Numbered from the stretch's first letter, positions 41,704 through 52,242 are shown. The stretch: 64,000 nucleotides of DNA from an uncultured Gemmatimonadaceae bacterium (GCA_963761075.1 CAVXFN010000004.1:1192411-1256410), one strand, 5' to 3'. Numbers and translations: made by a program. Notes: generated from the sequence alone by a model not told the origin.

Positions 41704-42045
41704 CTACACGGCGTGGCCGCTGCCGCTGAACTTCGCGAACAGGAACAGCAGGCCGATGAGCGTTACCATGGCGATCATGAGTGGCCCGGTGAAGAGCGCC
41801 CGGAAGAGCTTGTGGTCGTAGCGCAGGTGCATGTAGAACATGACCACGATCGCGAACTTGGTCGCCGACATGATGAGCAGGGTCGGGACGAAGAGGCGCG
41901 ACGCGACGAACGACGGAACGTAGTACGCCCAGACCTCGAACACGGTGATCACGGTGAGGATCAGGGCCACCTTCCAGTACTGGGCGAAGGTGGGGTGCTC
42001 GTGGACGTGGTCGGGATTGGCCAGGTCGGCGTGTTCGTGCGCCAT
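41704..42045 (-). CDS. Cytochrome c oxidase subunit IV (prokaryotic caa3-type small subunit).
   Basis: 113 aa, 3 TM, His-rich N-terminus. It is the last gene of the cox operon, immediately after coxC. Confidence 0.6.
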   Translation of the reverse strand: MAHEHADLANPDHVHEHPTFAQYWKVALILTVITVFEVWAYYVPSFVASRLFVPTLLIMSATKFAIVVMFYMHLRYDHKLFRALFTGPLMIAMVTLIGLLFLFAKFSGSGHAV

Positions 42046-42056
42046 GTCGGCTCCGG

Positions 42057-42752
42057 CTATTTGATGAGGTAGACGAGGGTGAAGATCGCGATCCAGACCA
42101 CGTCGACGAAGTGCCAGTAGAGGGCGGCGATGTCGACGAGCAGTGCGTCCTTCGGCTTGAGGCCGCGCTTGCGATCGATTGCCAGCAGGGTGCCGAGCCA
42201 GATGACGCCGACCGTGACGTGCGCCCCGTGGAAACCGGTCAGGGTGAAGAACGACGAGCCGAAGAGGTTGCGCCGGATCGTCAGGCCCTCGTGCACGAAT
42301 GACGTGAACTCGTAGGACTGGAAGCCGAGGAAGGTGGCTCCCAGGATGCACGTCATGAGCAGCCAGAACTGCGACGAACGGGCGACCTTGCCGTACCACC
42401 ACTGCGCGAGCGCCGAGTCCTTCTTCGGCACGGGCTTGTCGCGTTCCTCGACCGCCGCCAGCGCCATCACCATGGCGAACGACGACATGAGCAGGACGAA
42501 GGTCGAGACCGACGTCACGGGGATGTTGAGGATCGCCTTGAACGCCTGGCCGGTCTGCGGGTCCGTCCACGGCTCATGCGGCAGCGGTCCCACCACGCTC
42601 CTGCCCTTGTAGATCAGGTAGGTGGAAATGAGCGAGGCGAACAGCATGCACTCCGACCCGATGAACGTCCAGATCGCGATCTTGCGGCTGTCGAGACCGG
42701 TGGTCGTGTAGTGAGGCGCGTGTTCGTGCGGTTCGGCGACTGCGGTGGCCAT
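42057..42752 (-). CDS. coxC: Cytochrome c oxidase subunit III.
   Basis: Conserved WWYGKV…FTLTGFHGAHVTVGVIW…YWHFVDVVW. Confidence 0.9.
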   Translation of the reverse strand: MATAVAEPHEHAPHYTTTGLDSRKIAIWTFIGSECMLFASLISTYLIYKGRSVVGPLPHEPWTDPQTGQAFKAILNIPVTSVSTFVLLMSSFAMVMALAAVEERDKPVPKKDSALAQWWYGKVARSSQFWLLMTCILGATFLGFQSYEFTSFVHEGLTIRRNLFGSSFFTLTGFHGAHVTVGVIWLGTLLAIDRKRGLKPKDALLVDIAALYWHFVDVVWIAIFTLVYLIK

Positions 42753-42801
42753 GAGCTGTGAAGAGAGGGAAGTGGGCGGCGCGGGGCGCCGGTCCCCGGA
42801 G

Positions 42802-44753
42802 CTATTCGAGCGGTGACGTGAGCCAGTCGTACATGAAGGTGACGAGCATGACCGCGCCGACGGCGATGAAGCCGAAGGCGAGGCCCATTTTCTTGGCGTA
42901 CATGAAGGGCAGCCCGCCGAGCATGATCACGATGCCGGCCGCGACGAACAGCGGCTTGATTGTCGGGAAGGGCATCGGGATCCCGAGTTCCTTCGCCGTG
43001 GCGCGTCGCGACTCGACGTGTGCCGGGGCGACGTCGGCCTCGTGGGCGCCCGCGGTCGTGACGTGTTCGCCGGTGCGGACCTCGGCCTCGCTCCATCCCG
43101 CCTTCGAGTGCGGGATGTCGGCCATGCGCTCGGGATGCGTGAGGTCCCACATCGGATAGCGCGAGGTGACCATCGGGATCTGCGCGAAGTTGTACTCCGG
43201 CGGTGGCGACGGGATCGACCACTCGAGCGTCGGCGCATCCCACGGATTGTCCCCGCACGGCTCGCCGTGCCGCTTCGAGCGGAAGAAGTTGAAGAAGAAG
43301 ATCAGGAACGACGGCACGAAGAGGAATGCGCCGAGCGACGACAGCATGTTGAAGGTGTCCCACCCCTGGCCGGCGTCGTACGTGTAGATGCGCCGCGGCA
43401 TGCCGAGCATGCCGGAGAAGTGCATCGGGAAGAACGTCATGTTGAACGCGATGAAGTTCAGCCAGAAGTGCCAGGACCCGAGCTTCTCGCTCATCAGCCG
43501 GCCGTACATCTTCGGGAAATAGTGGTAGATGCCCGCGAAGATGCCCATGATGGCGCCGCCGTAGAGCACGTAGTGGAAGTGGGCGACGATGTAGTAGGTG
43601 TCAGTCTGCTGCAGGTCCGATGGCGGCGACGAGTGGGTGATGCCGGAGATGCCGCCGATGGTGAACATCGCGATGAGCGCAATCGCGAACTTCATCGAGG
43701 TGGTGAACCGGATCGACCCCCCCACATGGTGAAGATCCAGTTGAAGATCTTCACACCGGTGGGGATGGCGATGAGCATCGTCGTCAGGCCGAAGACGGTG
43801 TCGGCGATGGGGCCCATGCCGACGGCGAACATGTGGTGCGCCCAGACGCCGAAGCCGAGGAAGCCGATGAGGATGCCCGAGTAGGCCATCACCGGATAAC
43901 CGAACAGCGGCTTGCGCGAATTCGTCGGCAGGACCTCGGAGACGAGGCCGAAGGCCGGGAGGATCAGGATGTAGACCTCGGGATGCCCGAAGATCCAGAA
44001 CAGGTGCTGCCAGAGGAGCGGGTCGGCACCGGCGGCGATCGTGTAGAAGTTGGTGCCGAAGAACCGGTCGAACTGCATGAAGAACAGCGCGACGGTGATG
44101 ACCGGGAAGGCCAGGATGATCAGCCACTGCACCACGAACGACATCCACGTGAACATCGGCATGCGCATCAGGTTCATGCCGGGGGCGCGCAGGTTGATGA
44201 TGGTGGTGGCGAAGTTGAAGGCAGCGGCCAGCGACGAGATGCCGAGGATCTGGATGCCGAGCACCCAGAAGTTCAGGTTCTGCCCCGGCGAGTAGGCGTC
44301 GGTGGTGAGGGGTGTGTAGGCGAACCAGCCGCCGTTGGGCGCGGCGTTGAAGAGAATCGGCAGCGTGATGAACAGGCCACCGAAGAGGTAGACCCAGTAG
44401 CTGAACGCGTTGAGCCGCGGGAACGCGACGTCGCGCGCGCCGATCTGCAGCGGTATCAGGAAGTTGAAGAACGCGGCGGAGAGCGGCATGATGACGAGGA
44501 AGACCATCGTCGTGCCGTGCATCGTGAAGAGCTGGTTGAACGTCTCTGCCGAGACAGCCCCCATGTTCGGGCGCATCAGCTGGTAGCGCATGATGACCGC
44601 CTCCATGCCGCCCACACAGAGGAAGAAGAGGGCGGTGTGGAGGTACAGGAGGCCGATCCGCTTGTGATCGACGGTGGTCAGCCACTCCATGATGCCGGAG
44701 CGATTGCCGCTCGCGGCGCCGGCGTAGGTGGGGGCTGCTGCTACGGTGGCCAT
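42802..44753 (-). pseudogene. coxA: Cytochrome c oxidase subunit I, split by a -1 frameshift in a C7/G7 homopolymer; probably functional in vivo (sequence error).
   Basis: N-terminal 353 aa in ORF 43692..44753 (…WAHHMFAVGMG…IFNWIFTMWGG); it continues in ORF 42802..44685 (SIRFTTSMKFA…HFHYVL…). Seven C at 43728..43734 where eight would restore MWGGSIRF. Confidence 0.85.
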
Positions 44754-44842
44754 GGGCTACAGGGAGGGGTCGGGAAGGAGAAGGAGGCGGGAACCGGGAG
44801 GCGTCCGCAACCCAGGGGCGCGGACCGCCGCACGCACCACGC

Positions 44843-46087
44843 TCATTTCAGTGATCGAAGGTAGGCCACGACATCGGCGATCTGCTGATCCGTGAGGCCA
44901 CCGGCGGTGACGCGCATCTTCAGGATCGGGTCGAACTGGTTCATGCCGAGCGTGTTCATCAGAACGCCCGGCTTCATCACCCGGGCATTCTTGATCCACA
45001 AAGCGAGATGGTGGGCGTCGTTCGGATAGATGCCGCCCGCGATCGTCAGGCGCGACGCCACGTGCGTGAGGTCGGGGCCGATGACGCCGACCGCCATCGG
45101 ATTGCCGCGGATCTTGTGGCAGCCGATGCAGACGCTGCGGCTGAAGGTCTCGAGGCCACGCTGCGGATCGCCCGCGGCCAGCAGGTTGTCATCGAACGTC
45201 ATGCCCGGGGGCACCGGCGTCTGCGGGATGACGTTGGGAGGCACCCGGTCGCGCGGGAACGAGAAGGCGTCGACCGGCGGCTGGGCCGCGGCAGGCGGCG
45301 CGGCGGCACCCGCGGGCGTCGTCTGTGCCGCCTGCTGCACCGATGCCACGCCGAAGCGGGCCGGGGCCTGCTCGTTGGCGATCCAGCGGTCGAAGTCCTC
45401 GGGCGACACCGTGAATGCCCGGAACCGCATGTTGGCGTGCGAGGTGCCGCAGTACTCGTTGCAGCTCCCGTTGAACGCCGCCTCACCGGTAGAGTCGGGC
45501 GTGAACCACAGGTGGTTCACGCGATTGCTCACCGCGTCTCGCTTGCCGCCCAGCTGCGGAATCCAGAAGGAGTGGATGACATCCGCGGAGCGCAGCGTGA
45601 ACGCCACCGGCCGCCCGGCGACGAGATAGAGCTCGTTGGCGGTGACGACGTTGTATTGCGGATAGCGGAATTCCCACCACCACTGGTGTCCGGTCACCTC
45701 GACCTGGAGGGCGTCCGCCGGTGCCGGCGCCTCGTACTTCCAGATCGCGCGCACGGTCGGCACGGCGATGAAGAACAGGATCAGGGCCGGCGCGAGTGTC
45801 CAGGTGATCTCGAGGGCGGCATTGCCGTGGATGGGCTTCGGCTCGGGGCCCCCGGGGCGACGCCGGTAGCGGACCATCGTCCAGACGAGGATGCCCTCGA
45901 CCAGGATGAAGACTCCGGTGCCCAGCACCATCATGCGATCCCAGATCGACCGCAGGTCCCGGTTGAACTCGGTGTGGTTCGTGAAGGTCGAATTCGGGTA
46001 GGAACCCGAACATGCGGCGAACAGCACCGGAACCAGGACTGCCAGAACAACGACCGCGAGATGACGCGACCGGAGGTTACGTCTCAT
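44843..46087 (-). CDS. coxB: Cytochrome c oxidase subunit II with a fused C-terminal cytochrome c domain (caa3-type).
   Basis: Lipoprotein-type signal, CuA site H…CNEYCGTSHANM, C-terminal CIGCH heme-binding motif. Confidence 0.9.
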   Translation of the reverse strand: MRRNLRSRHLAVVVLAVLVPVLFAACSGSYPNSTFTNHTEFNRDLRSIWDRMMVLGTGVFILVEGILVWTMVRYRRRPGGPEPKPIHGNAALEITWTLAPALILFFIAVPTVRAIWKYEAPAPADALQVEVTGHQWWWEFRYPQYNVVTANELYLVAGRPVAFTLRSADVIHSFWIPQLGGKRDAVSNRVNHLWFTPDSTGEAAFNGSCNEYCGTSHANMRFRAFTVSPEDFDRWIANEQAPARFGVASVQQAAQTTPAGAAAPPAAAQPPVDAFSFPRDRVPPNVIPQTPVPPGMTFDDNLLAAGDPQRGLETFSRSVCIGCHKIRGNPMAVGVIGPDLTHVASRLTIAGGIYPNDAHHLALWIKNARVMKPGVLMNTLGMNQFDPILKMRVTAGGLTDQQIADVVAYLRSLK

Positions 46088-46254
46088 TCGTTTTCCCGGG
46101 GGGGTGTCAGCTGGGGGGCGCCGACGCCAGAAAGCGTGGCGACAGACCGCGCAAAGCTAGGCCCGCCGCAAGCGGGAGGCAAGCTGATATCGCGTCAGTG
46201 TTTCTCCCTCAATACGCCCGTCCCGGAAACGACACCGACCAGATTCCTCGGAGT

Positions 46255-46635
46255 TCAGGAGGGGGGCGGATTCGTCGCGGCGTCGTGAACGCTGTGGATC
46301 TCCCGCACACGCGTGATCGTCGCCTCGATCTGCGCGCGAATCTGCCCCACGCACTCCCGCAGGGCCCGCACCCTCGCCTGTTCGCTGCCTCCCCGCGTGG
46401 TGACGAGGATCATGCTCGTCACCTGGTCCGAGATCGACGCGAACTGGAGCTTGAGCAGTCCCACCAGCGGATTGGCTGCGCGCTGGAGCTGCTGCCGGAA
46501 CTGTCCGGTGTCGGTCTGGGCGCGCGCCGCAATTGCCATGCGCTCGACGATGCCGTGGACCCGCTGCAGCTGGCTGAGCGCTTCGTCCAGGGTGGCCAGC
46601 TTGAGCTGGCCGGCGCTGTCGATGTGCGTCTTCAA
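46255..46635 (-). CDS. Hypothetical helical protein (126 aa) upstream of the cox operon.
   Basis: Clean GC3 bias; ATG start; no family recognised. Confidence 0.5.
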   Translation of the reverse strand: MKTHIDSAGQLKLATLDEALSQLQRVHGIVERMAIAARAQTDTGQFRQQLQRAANPLVGLLKLQFASISDQVTSMILVTTRGGSEQARVRALRECVGQIRAQIEATITRVREIHSVHDAATNPPPS

Positions 46636-46692
46636 TGGCGGTTCCGGGTGAGAGGCAAAAACGGGACCGCAGCCGGTGAGCCGGCTCGTCCG

Positions 46693-48546
46693 TCAGATCA
46701 TGGAAGAGGGGTTCAGCAGTTCGTCGAGGCGCTTTCGCGTCACCAGCTTCTGTTCAAGGACGAGTTCGTACACGCCCCGTCCCGTCTCCAACGCGCTCTT
46801 GGCCACCTCGGTGGCCTTGTGGTACCCGATTTCCGGCAGCAGCGCGGTCACGAGCCCGATCGAGTGCTCCACGAAATGACGCATGCGATCGGGGTTCGGC
46901 GTGATGCCGTCGACGCAGCGGGTACGCAGCACCGCACAGGCGTTCCGCAGGGCGTCGATGCTGCGCAGGAGCCGGAAGGCGATGAGGGGCTCGAACGCAT
47001 TGAGCTGCAGCTGTCCCGCCTCGGCGGCCAGCGTGACCGTCACGTCGCCGCCAATCACGTCGAAGCAGACCTGGTTCACGACCTCGGGAATGACAGGATT
47101 CACCTTGCCGGGCATGATCGACGAGCCTGGCTGCATGGCGGGGAGGTTGATCTCGCCGAGGCCGGCTCGCGGCCCGGAACTCAGCAGGCGCAGGTCGTTG
47201 CAGATCTTGGAGAGCTTGACGGCGCACCGCTTGAGCACGCCGGACAGCTGCACGAACACCCCGGTGTCCGACGTGGCTTCGATGAGGTCGGGTGATGTGA
47301 CGAGGTCGAGTCGCGTGATCTCGGAGAGGTGGCGCCGCACCAGCTCGGGGTAGCCTGCGGCGGCGGTGATCCCGGTGCCGATGGCGGTCGCTCCCATGTT
47401 GATCTCGCGCACGAGCGACAGCGCCTCCCCGAGCCTGTCGACGTCCTCCAGCAGTGTGTGCCCGAACGCCGCGAATTCCTGGCCGAGCGTCATCGGGACC
47501 GCATCCTGGAGCTGTGTGCGCCCGAGCTTGACGTGCGGGGCGAACTCATGCCCCTTCGCCACGAAGGCCTCCGCCAGCTGGCGCATCGCCCCGCGCAGGC
47601 TCTCGATCTCGCCATGCAGGCCGATGCGCACGGCTGTGGGATAGACGTCGTTGGTGGACTGGCTGAGGTTGACGTGGTTGTTGGGGTGCAGCCGCTCGTA
47701 GTTGCCGCGTGACTCCCCCAGCAGCTCGAGGGCCCGATTGGCGATGACCTCGTTGGCATTCATGTTCGTCGAGGTGCCGGCCCCGCCCTGGATCATGTCC
47801 ACGAGGAAATGTTCGTGGTGCCGTCCCTGGCGGATCTCGACGGCGGCCTTGACGATGGCGTCGCAGAGCGGTCGGTCGAGCAGCCCGAGGTCGGCGTTGG
47901 CCAGCGCGGCCGCCTGCTTCACGGCCGCGAGCGCCTCGATGAGCGCGGGAAACTCGCGCAGCACCACGCCGGTGATCGGGAAGTTCTCGAGAGCGCGGAG
48001 GGTCTGGATCCCGTAGAGCGCGTCGTCGGGCACGTCGCGTGCGCCGAGCAGGTCGGACTCCGGCCGCGTGCGGGCGCCACCGAAGCCGAGCACGCGACCG
48101 CGCCCCACAATGGTGGCGTCGGTGGCGGCGAGCCGTTGCGAGATCGCCCGCGCCGCGCGCCCGACGAGCGCCGCGTAGAGCGAGGCGAAGTCCTTCATCA
48201 TCTCTCGCACGCGCTCGCGGCTGAGGACATAGGCCTCGGTGCGCTGCACCGTACGGGCGCTGGTGCCGTGGGCGGTCTCGTCGAGGAGGATCCCTTCACC
48301 GACGGCGTCGCCGGCGCCCAGCGTGATGAGGCGTACCGGTCGTCCGTTCACGCTCTTCTCGACCACGACCGCCCCGCTCACGAGGATCGCAGCGAACTCC
48401 CGTGCTCCGCCTTCCTCGAAGAGGAGGTGGTCGCTCGCCCACTCGACGGGCGTGACCATGCGGGCGAGCTGATGGATGGCGGTGTCGGTGACACCCTGGA
48501 GGAAGCGGGTGGCGCGCAGGCGTTCGCGAATGGCGGCGGTTGTCAT
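46693..48546 (-). CDS. Aspartate ammonia-lyase (fumarate-lyase superfamily) with an N-terminal cyclic-nucleotide-binding domain.
   Basis: N-terminal ~140 aa CAP-type cNMP domain (…LITLGAGDAVGEGILLDETAHGTSARTV…). Then an aspartase core with QSTNDVYPTA and signature GSSIMPGKVNPVIPE. Confidence 0.85.
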   Translation of the reverse strand: MTTAAIRERLRATRFLQGVTDTAIHQLARMVTPVEWASDHLLFEEGGAREFAAILVSGAVVVEKSVNGRPVRLITLGAGDAVGEGILLDETAHGTSARTVQRTEAYVLSRERVREMMKDFASLYAALVGRAARAISQRLAATDATIVGRGRVLGFGGARTRPESDLLGARDVPDDALYGIQTLRALENFPITGVVLREFPALIEALAAVKQAAALANADLGLLDRPLCDAIVKAAVEIRQGRHHEHFLVDMIQGGAGTSTNMNANEVIANRALELLGESRGNYERLHPNNHVNLSQSTNDVYPTAVRIGLHGEIESLRGAMRQLAEAFVAKGHEFAPHVKLGRTQLQDAVPMTLGQEFAAFGHTLLEDVDRLGEALSLVREINMGATAIGTGITAAAGYPELVRRHLSEITRLDLVTSPDLIEATSDTGVFVQLSGVLKRCAVKLSKICNDLRLLSSGPRAGLGEINLPAMQPGSSIMPGKVNPVIPEVVNQVCFDVIGGDVTVTLAAEAGQLQLNAFEPLIAFRLLRSIDALRNACAVLRTRCVDGITPNPDRMRHFVEHSIGLVTALLPEIGYHKATEVAKSALETGRGVYELVLEQKLVTRKRLDELLNPSSMI

Positions 48547-48658
48547 GGAGTCGGCGGGGATGGATCGGCCCCGGTCCGGCCGGGCCGGGGGCTGAAAGCT
48601 AGGCGGAAAGCGATGTCGGTGGCGAGCGCGGCAGCCGGGCCGGCCGCGGGCACGGGAC

Positions 48659-50239
48659 TCAGCGCGCCGGCGTCACCAGGCGCTCGCACCATCCGAGCAG
48701 GCCATCGACGGCGAGCGCCAGCAGCGCCGCGGGAATCGCCCCGGAGAGGATCATGCGGGAGTCGGCCAGCGTGAGGCCGGCGACGATCGGGTCGCCGAGT
48801 CCCCCGGCGCCGATGAACGCCGCCAGGGTGGCGGTGCCGACGTTGATCACGCCGGCGGTGCGCACCCCGGCCATGACCGTCGGCGCGGCCAGCGGCAGGC
48901 GCACGTGACGCAGGACCTGCCAGGGCGTCATGCCTAACGCCGACGCCGCCGCCACCGCCGGCGGGTCGGCATCGCGCACGCCCGAGTAGGTGTTGCGCAG
49001 GATCGGATAGAGGGAGTACAGGAACAGCGCCACCAGCGCCGGGCGCACCCCGATGCCGAGCAGCGGGATCATGAAGGCCAGCAGCGCGATCCCCGGGAGG
49101 GTCTGCAGCACGCCTACGGCGCGAATCGTTGCCTCGGCGCCCGCGCGAAAGCGCTCCAGCGCCAGTCCGGCGGGGACGGCGACGAGGATCGCCGCCGCGA
49201 GCGACACGCTCACCAGCAGCAGGTGCCGGAGCGTCATCCTGGCAATGTCGCCGCGCCGATCGAGGAGGTAGCGCCAGAGAGGGACGCCGCTGCCGCCGGT
49301 TGCCGGCGCGCCCGACGGCGCCGCCGGAGTTCCCGCAAGTCCGAGCGAGCGCAGCAGGTCGCGGGCGACCGTCGCCACCGGGGCGCCTCCGACCTCGACC
49401 TGCTCGTTCAGGGCGCGCATCCTGGCGACGTCGAGACGGCCGCTGAGTTCCGTCAGCACGGCGACCGCGCCCGGGGTGCGCTGCTGCAGCTCGGCGCCCA
49501 CGAGCGCCGCGGCCTCGTAGGGCGGGAAGAAGTGGTGGTCGTCGGCAAGCACCGCCAGCCCGTATCGTGCGATGAGGCCGTCGGTCGAGTACCCGTCGAT
49601 CACGTCCACCTCGCCGGCGACGAGCGCGCGGTACTTCACGGCCGGCAGCAGCGACCGTACCGCAGCGAGGTGCAGGCCGTAGGCGCGTTCCAGGCCGGGC
49701 AGGCCGTCGGGGCGGCCGATGAAGTCCGGGGTGAATCCCCCGCGGAGCCGCGCGCCGGCCGCCGCCAGGTCGCCGATCGACCGCAGGCCTAACGAATCGG
49801 CCGTGGCGCGGCGGACGGCGATGGCATAGGTGTTTTCGAAGCCGAGGGGCGGGAGCCAGCGGACGCCGTAGCGCTGCCGGAAGGCCAGCGACACGCGGTC
49901 GAACACCGTGGCCGGATCCCCGACCGTGCCCGCACCGAGGATCGCGAGGAGTCCGGTGCCGGTGTACTCCGGGTAGACGTCGATGTCGCCCGAACGCAGC
50001 GCCCCGAACGCGATCTCCGTGGACCCCAACCCGGGGCGACGGTCCACCGAGTAGCCGCGCGACTCGAGCAGCTGCGCGAACAGCTCGGCCAGCAGGTACG
50101 ACTCGGCGAACGGCTTGGACGCGATGACCACCGGTCGCGTCGGCGCCTCCGTGGCTGGCGTGCGGCTGGGCGCGCCCTGGGCCAGCGCGAGCGTCGGCCC
50201 GAGCAGGGCGAGCCATGCCGCTGTCGTCAGGCGCGACAT
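48659..50239 (-). CDS. Betaine/choline-family ABC transporter, fused substrate-binding domain (N-terminal) + permease (C-terminal).
   Basis: Signal peptide; OpuAC-type SBD (…DIDVYPEYTGTGLL…) followed by 5-6 TM helices with an EAA-like loop (…LGMTPWQVLRHVRLP…). Confidence 0.85.
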   Translation of the reverse strand: MSRLTTAAWLALLGPTLALAQGAPSRTPATEAPTRPVVIASKPFAESYLLAELFAQLLESRGYSVDRRPGLGSTEIAFGALRSGDIDVYPEYTGTGLLAILGAGTVGDPATVFDRVSLAFRQRYGVRWLPPLGFENTYAIAVRRATADSLGLRSIGDLAAAGARLRGGFTPDFIGRPDGLPGLERAYGLHLAAVRSLLPAVKYRALVAGEVDVIDGYSTDGLIARYGLAVLADDHHFFPPYEAAALVGAELQQRTPGAVAVLTELSGRLDVARMRALNEQVEVGGAPVATVARDLLRSLGLAGTPAAPSGAPATGGSGVPLWRYLLDRRGDIARMTLRHLLLVSVSLAAAILVAVPAGLALERFRAGAEATIRAVGVLQTLPGIALLAFMIPLLGIGVRPALVALFLYSLYPILRNTYSGVRDADPPAVAAASALGMTPWQVLRHVRLPLAAPTVMAGVRTAGVINVGTATLAAFIGAGGLGDPIVAGLTLADSRMILSGAIPAALLALAVDGLLGWCERLVTPAR

Positions 50240-50242
50240 CGA

Positions 50243-50995
50243 TCAGGACGGTCCGGACCGGACGCCGGCGCGTCGCAGCAGCTCGACGACATACGGCGGG
50301 GCGGGTGACTCCCGCAGCGACGCCGGCGTGGCGAGCTGCTCGATCCGGCCGGCGCGCATGACGGCGATGTCGTCGGCGAGCAGCAGGGCCTCGCGGACGT
50401 CGTGCGTCACCAGCACCGCGGTTACGGCGAGGCGGCGCCGAAGGTCCGCGAACGCCTGTTGCAGCTCGGCGCGGGTGATGGCGTCGAGCGCACCAAACGG
50501 CTCATCAAGCAGGACGACGTCCGGATGCGCGGCGAGGGCGCGCGCGATGGCCGCACGCTGTCGCTGGCCCCCCGACAGCTCGCGCGGCCATCGATCGGCG
50601 AAGCGATCGGGGTCGAGTCCCACGAGCACCAGCGCCTCGCGCGCCAGCGCACCGGGGTCGGGCAGGCCGCGCAGCCACGGGACGAGGGTGACGTTTCGAA
50701 GGACCCGCCAGTGCGGAAGGAGGCCCCCGTCCTGTGGTACGTAGCCGATGCGCCGGCGCAGGGTGACGCCGTCGATCTCGCGCACGTCGCGCCCGTCGAC
50801 GAGCACCCGTCCCTCGTCGGGCGTGACGAGGCCGTTGAAGCAGCGCAGCAGGGTGGTCTTGCCGGAGCCGCTCTCGCCGATCAGTGCCAGACAGTGGCCG
50901 CGCGCCACGGCCAGGGAGACTCCGTCGACCGCGGTCGTCGCCGTAAAGCGCCGGGAGACCGCCTCGACGCGCAGGGCGACGTCGGGCTCGCTCAC
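50243..50995 (-). CDS. ABC transporter ATP-binding protein (OpuCA/ProV-like, no CBS tail).
   Basis: Walker A GESGSGKTT, signature LSGGQRQR, Walker B VVLLDEP, H-loop VTHD. GTG at 50995 overlaps the egtA stop (GTGA). Confidence 0.8.
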   Translation of the reverse strand: MSEPDVALRVEAVSRRFTATTAVDGVSLAVARGHCLALIGESGSGKTTLLRCFNGLVTPDEGRVLVDGRDVREIDGVTLRRRIGYVPQDGGLLPHWRVLRNVTLVPWLRGLPDPGALAREALVLVGLDPDRFADRWPRELSGGQRQRAAIARALAAHPDVVLLDEPFGALDAITRAELQQAFADLRRRLAVTAVLVTHDVREALLLADDIAVMRAGRIEQLATPASLRESPAPPYVVELLRRAGVRSGPS

Positions 50996-52242
50996 CCCGG
51001 GATGGCGACGGGAGCGTCGGCGGCGGGCGACCGCCCACGGCGCGTGTAGCGCTCGAAGAACTCCCACGCGACGGCGAGCGATGGCTCGTCGATCACGGAA
51101 CGCCCCGCCGACTCGCCGGCGCGCAAGGCAAGCCCATAGAGCTCGGCGGCGCGGCGGGCGATCGCCGGGTCGGCGAGCCCGCACCGACCGGCACGCTCCA
51201 GCAGGTCCGCATCGGGCGCCCCGGTGATCTCTCCCGCGGCGCCGGCCGCGGCCGGCGCACCGATGATCCCGGCCAGGAACGCCAGCGGCGCCGCGTACCA
51301 GGCGGGTGCCAGCGCGTCGGTCGAGCGGACCTCGAAATAGCCGCGCGGCCGCACCTCCGGAAAGAGGGTCGAGAGGTGCGACTCCCAGTCCACCGCGCCG
51401 ACTCGTCCGTCGGCGAGGAGCGTGCCGAACGGCGCGAACGGGGGCGACTCGCCATCGTGCAGCACGTCCGGCGCGCCGAGCGCGAAGTCGGCGTAGGCGC
51501 CCACGGGATCGGTCGCGTCCCACGCGAGACCGGTGCGCCGCGGATCGAGGGCGCCCCAGACGAAGCGGCGCAGGCTCTGGTGCCCGGAAAGCTCACCGGC
51601 ATATCGCGGCGAGTTGGCGAAGATCGCCACCAGGTACGGCGCCAGCGCGTTCAGCAGCGTCCATCGCTCGAGCGGACGGGGACCGGCATCGAGACAGACC
51701 TGGATCGAGGCGGTTTGCCGCATCATCCGTGCGCCGTGCGGACCGATGGTCGCGAAATGCGCGTCCATGCGGCGGTACCGCTCCCCGGTCAGCTGCAGTG
51801 GCACGTCGTCGATGGGGTTGAGCGGGTCGATGCCCGCCGCCACCAGCGCGATGCCGGCGTCGTTGAGTGGTGCGTCGATGGCGCCGACGGTCTCGTGCAG
51901 GTCCGCAACGAGGGCACCGACGGACGTGCGTGGTGGTGCAGCGTACTCCACCTGGCCGCCGGGCTCGAAGGTGAGCCGTCCCCCGGTGGGCGTGATGAAT
52001 TCCGGCACGCCCGCCTTGGCGGAGCGCTGCTCGGTCCATCGGGCCTCACGCGCGACTTCGCGGAATACCGGGAGGGTCGACGGGCGGTCGGCGACGTCGA
52101 TGGGGGCGGGGCGCCCCGTCGCGCGCTCGAGTGCGAGGAACTCCACTTCGGCGCCGATGCGGGACCCGAGGTCAGGGGCCGACGGCGCGAATGCGACGCG
52201 GGCCAGGTGTTCGCGGAGACGGTCCGTGTCGCGCGAGATCAT
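50992..52242 (-). CDS. egtA: Glutamate--cysteine ligase family 2 protein (EgtA-like gamma-glutamylcysteine synthetase).
   Basis: GCS2 hallmark RIGAEVEF and overall carboxylate-amine ligase architecture. ATGA overlap with egtD. Confidence 0.65.
   Translation of the reverse strand: MISRDTDRLREHLARVAFAPSAPDLGSRIGAEVEFLALERATGRPAPIDVADRPSTLPVFREVAREARWTEQRSAKAGVPEFITPTGGRLTFEPGGQVEYAAPPRTSVGALVADLHETVGAIDAPLNDAGIALVAAGIDPLNPIDDVPLQLTGERYRRMDAHFATIGPHGARMMRQTASIQVCLDAGPRPLERWTLLNALAPYLVAIFANSPRYAGELSGHQSLRRFVWGALDPRRTGLAWDATDPVGAYADFALGAPDVLHDGESPPFAPFGTLLADGRVGAVDWESHLSTLFPEVRPRGYFEVRSTDALAPAWYAAPLAFLAGIIGAPAAAGAAGEITGAPDADLLERAGRCGLADPAIARRAAELYGLALRAGESAGRSVIDEPSLAVAWEFFERYTRRGRSPAADAPVAIPG

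Noticed and set aside
42802-44685. A 627-aa ORF as an independent gene overlapping coxA.
   Set aside because: Its C-terminal 320 aa are the C-terminal half of cytochrome oxidase subunit I. Its N-terminal part is the wrong frame over the coxA N-terminus. It was merged into one frameshifted coxA.
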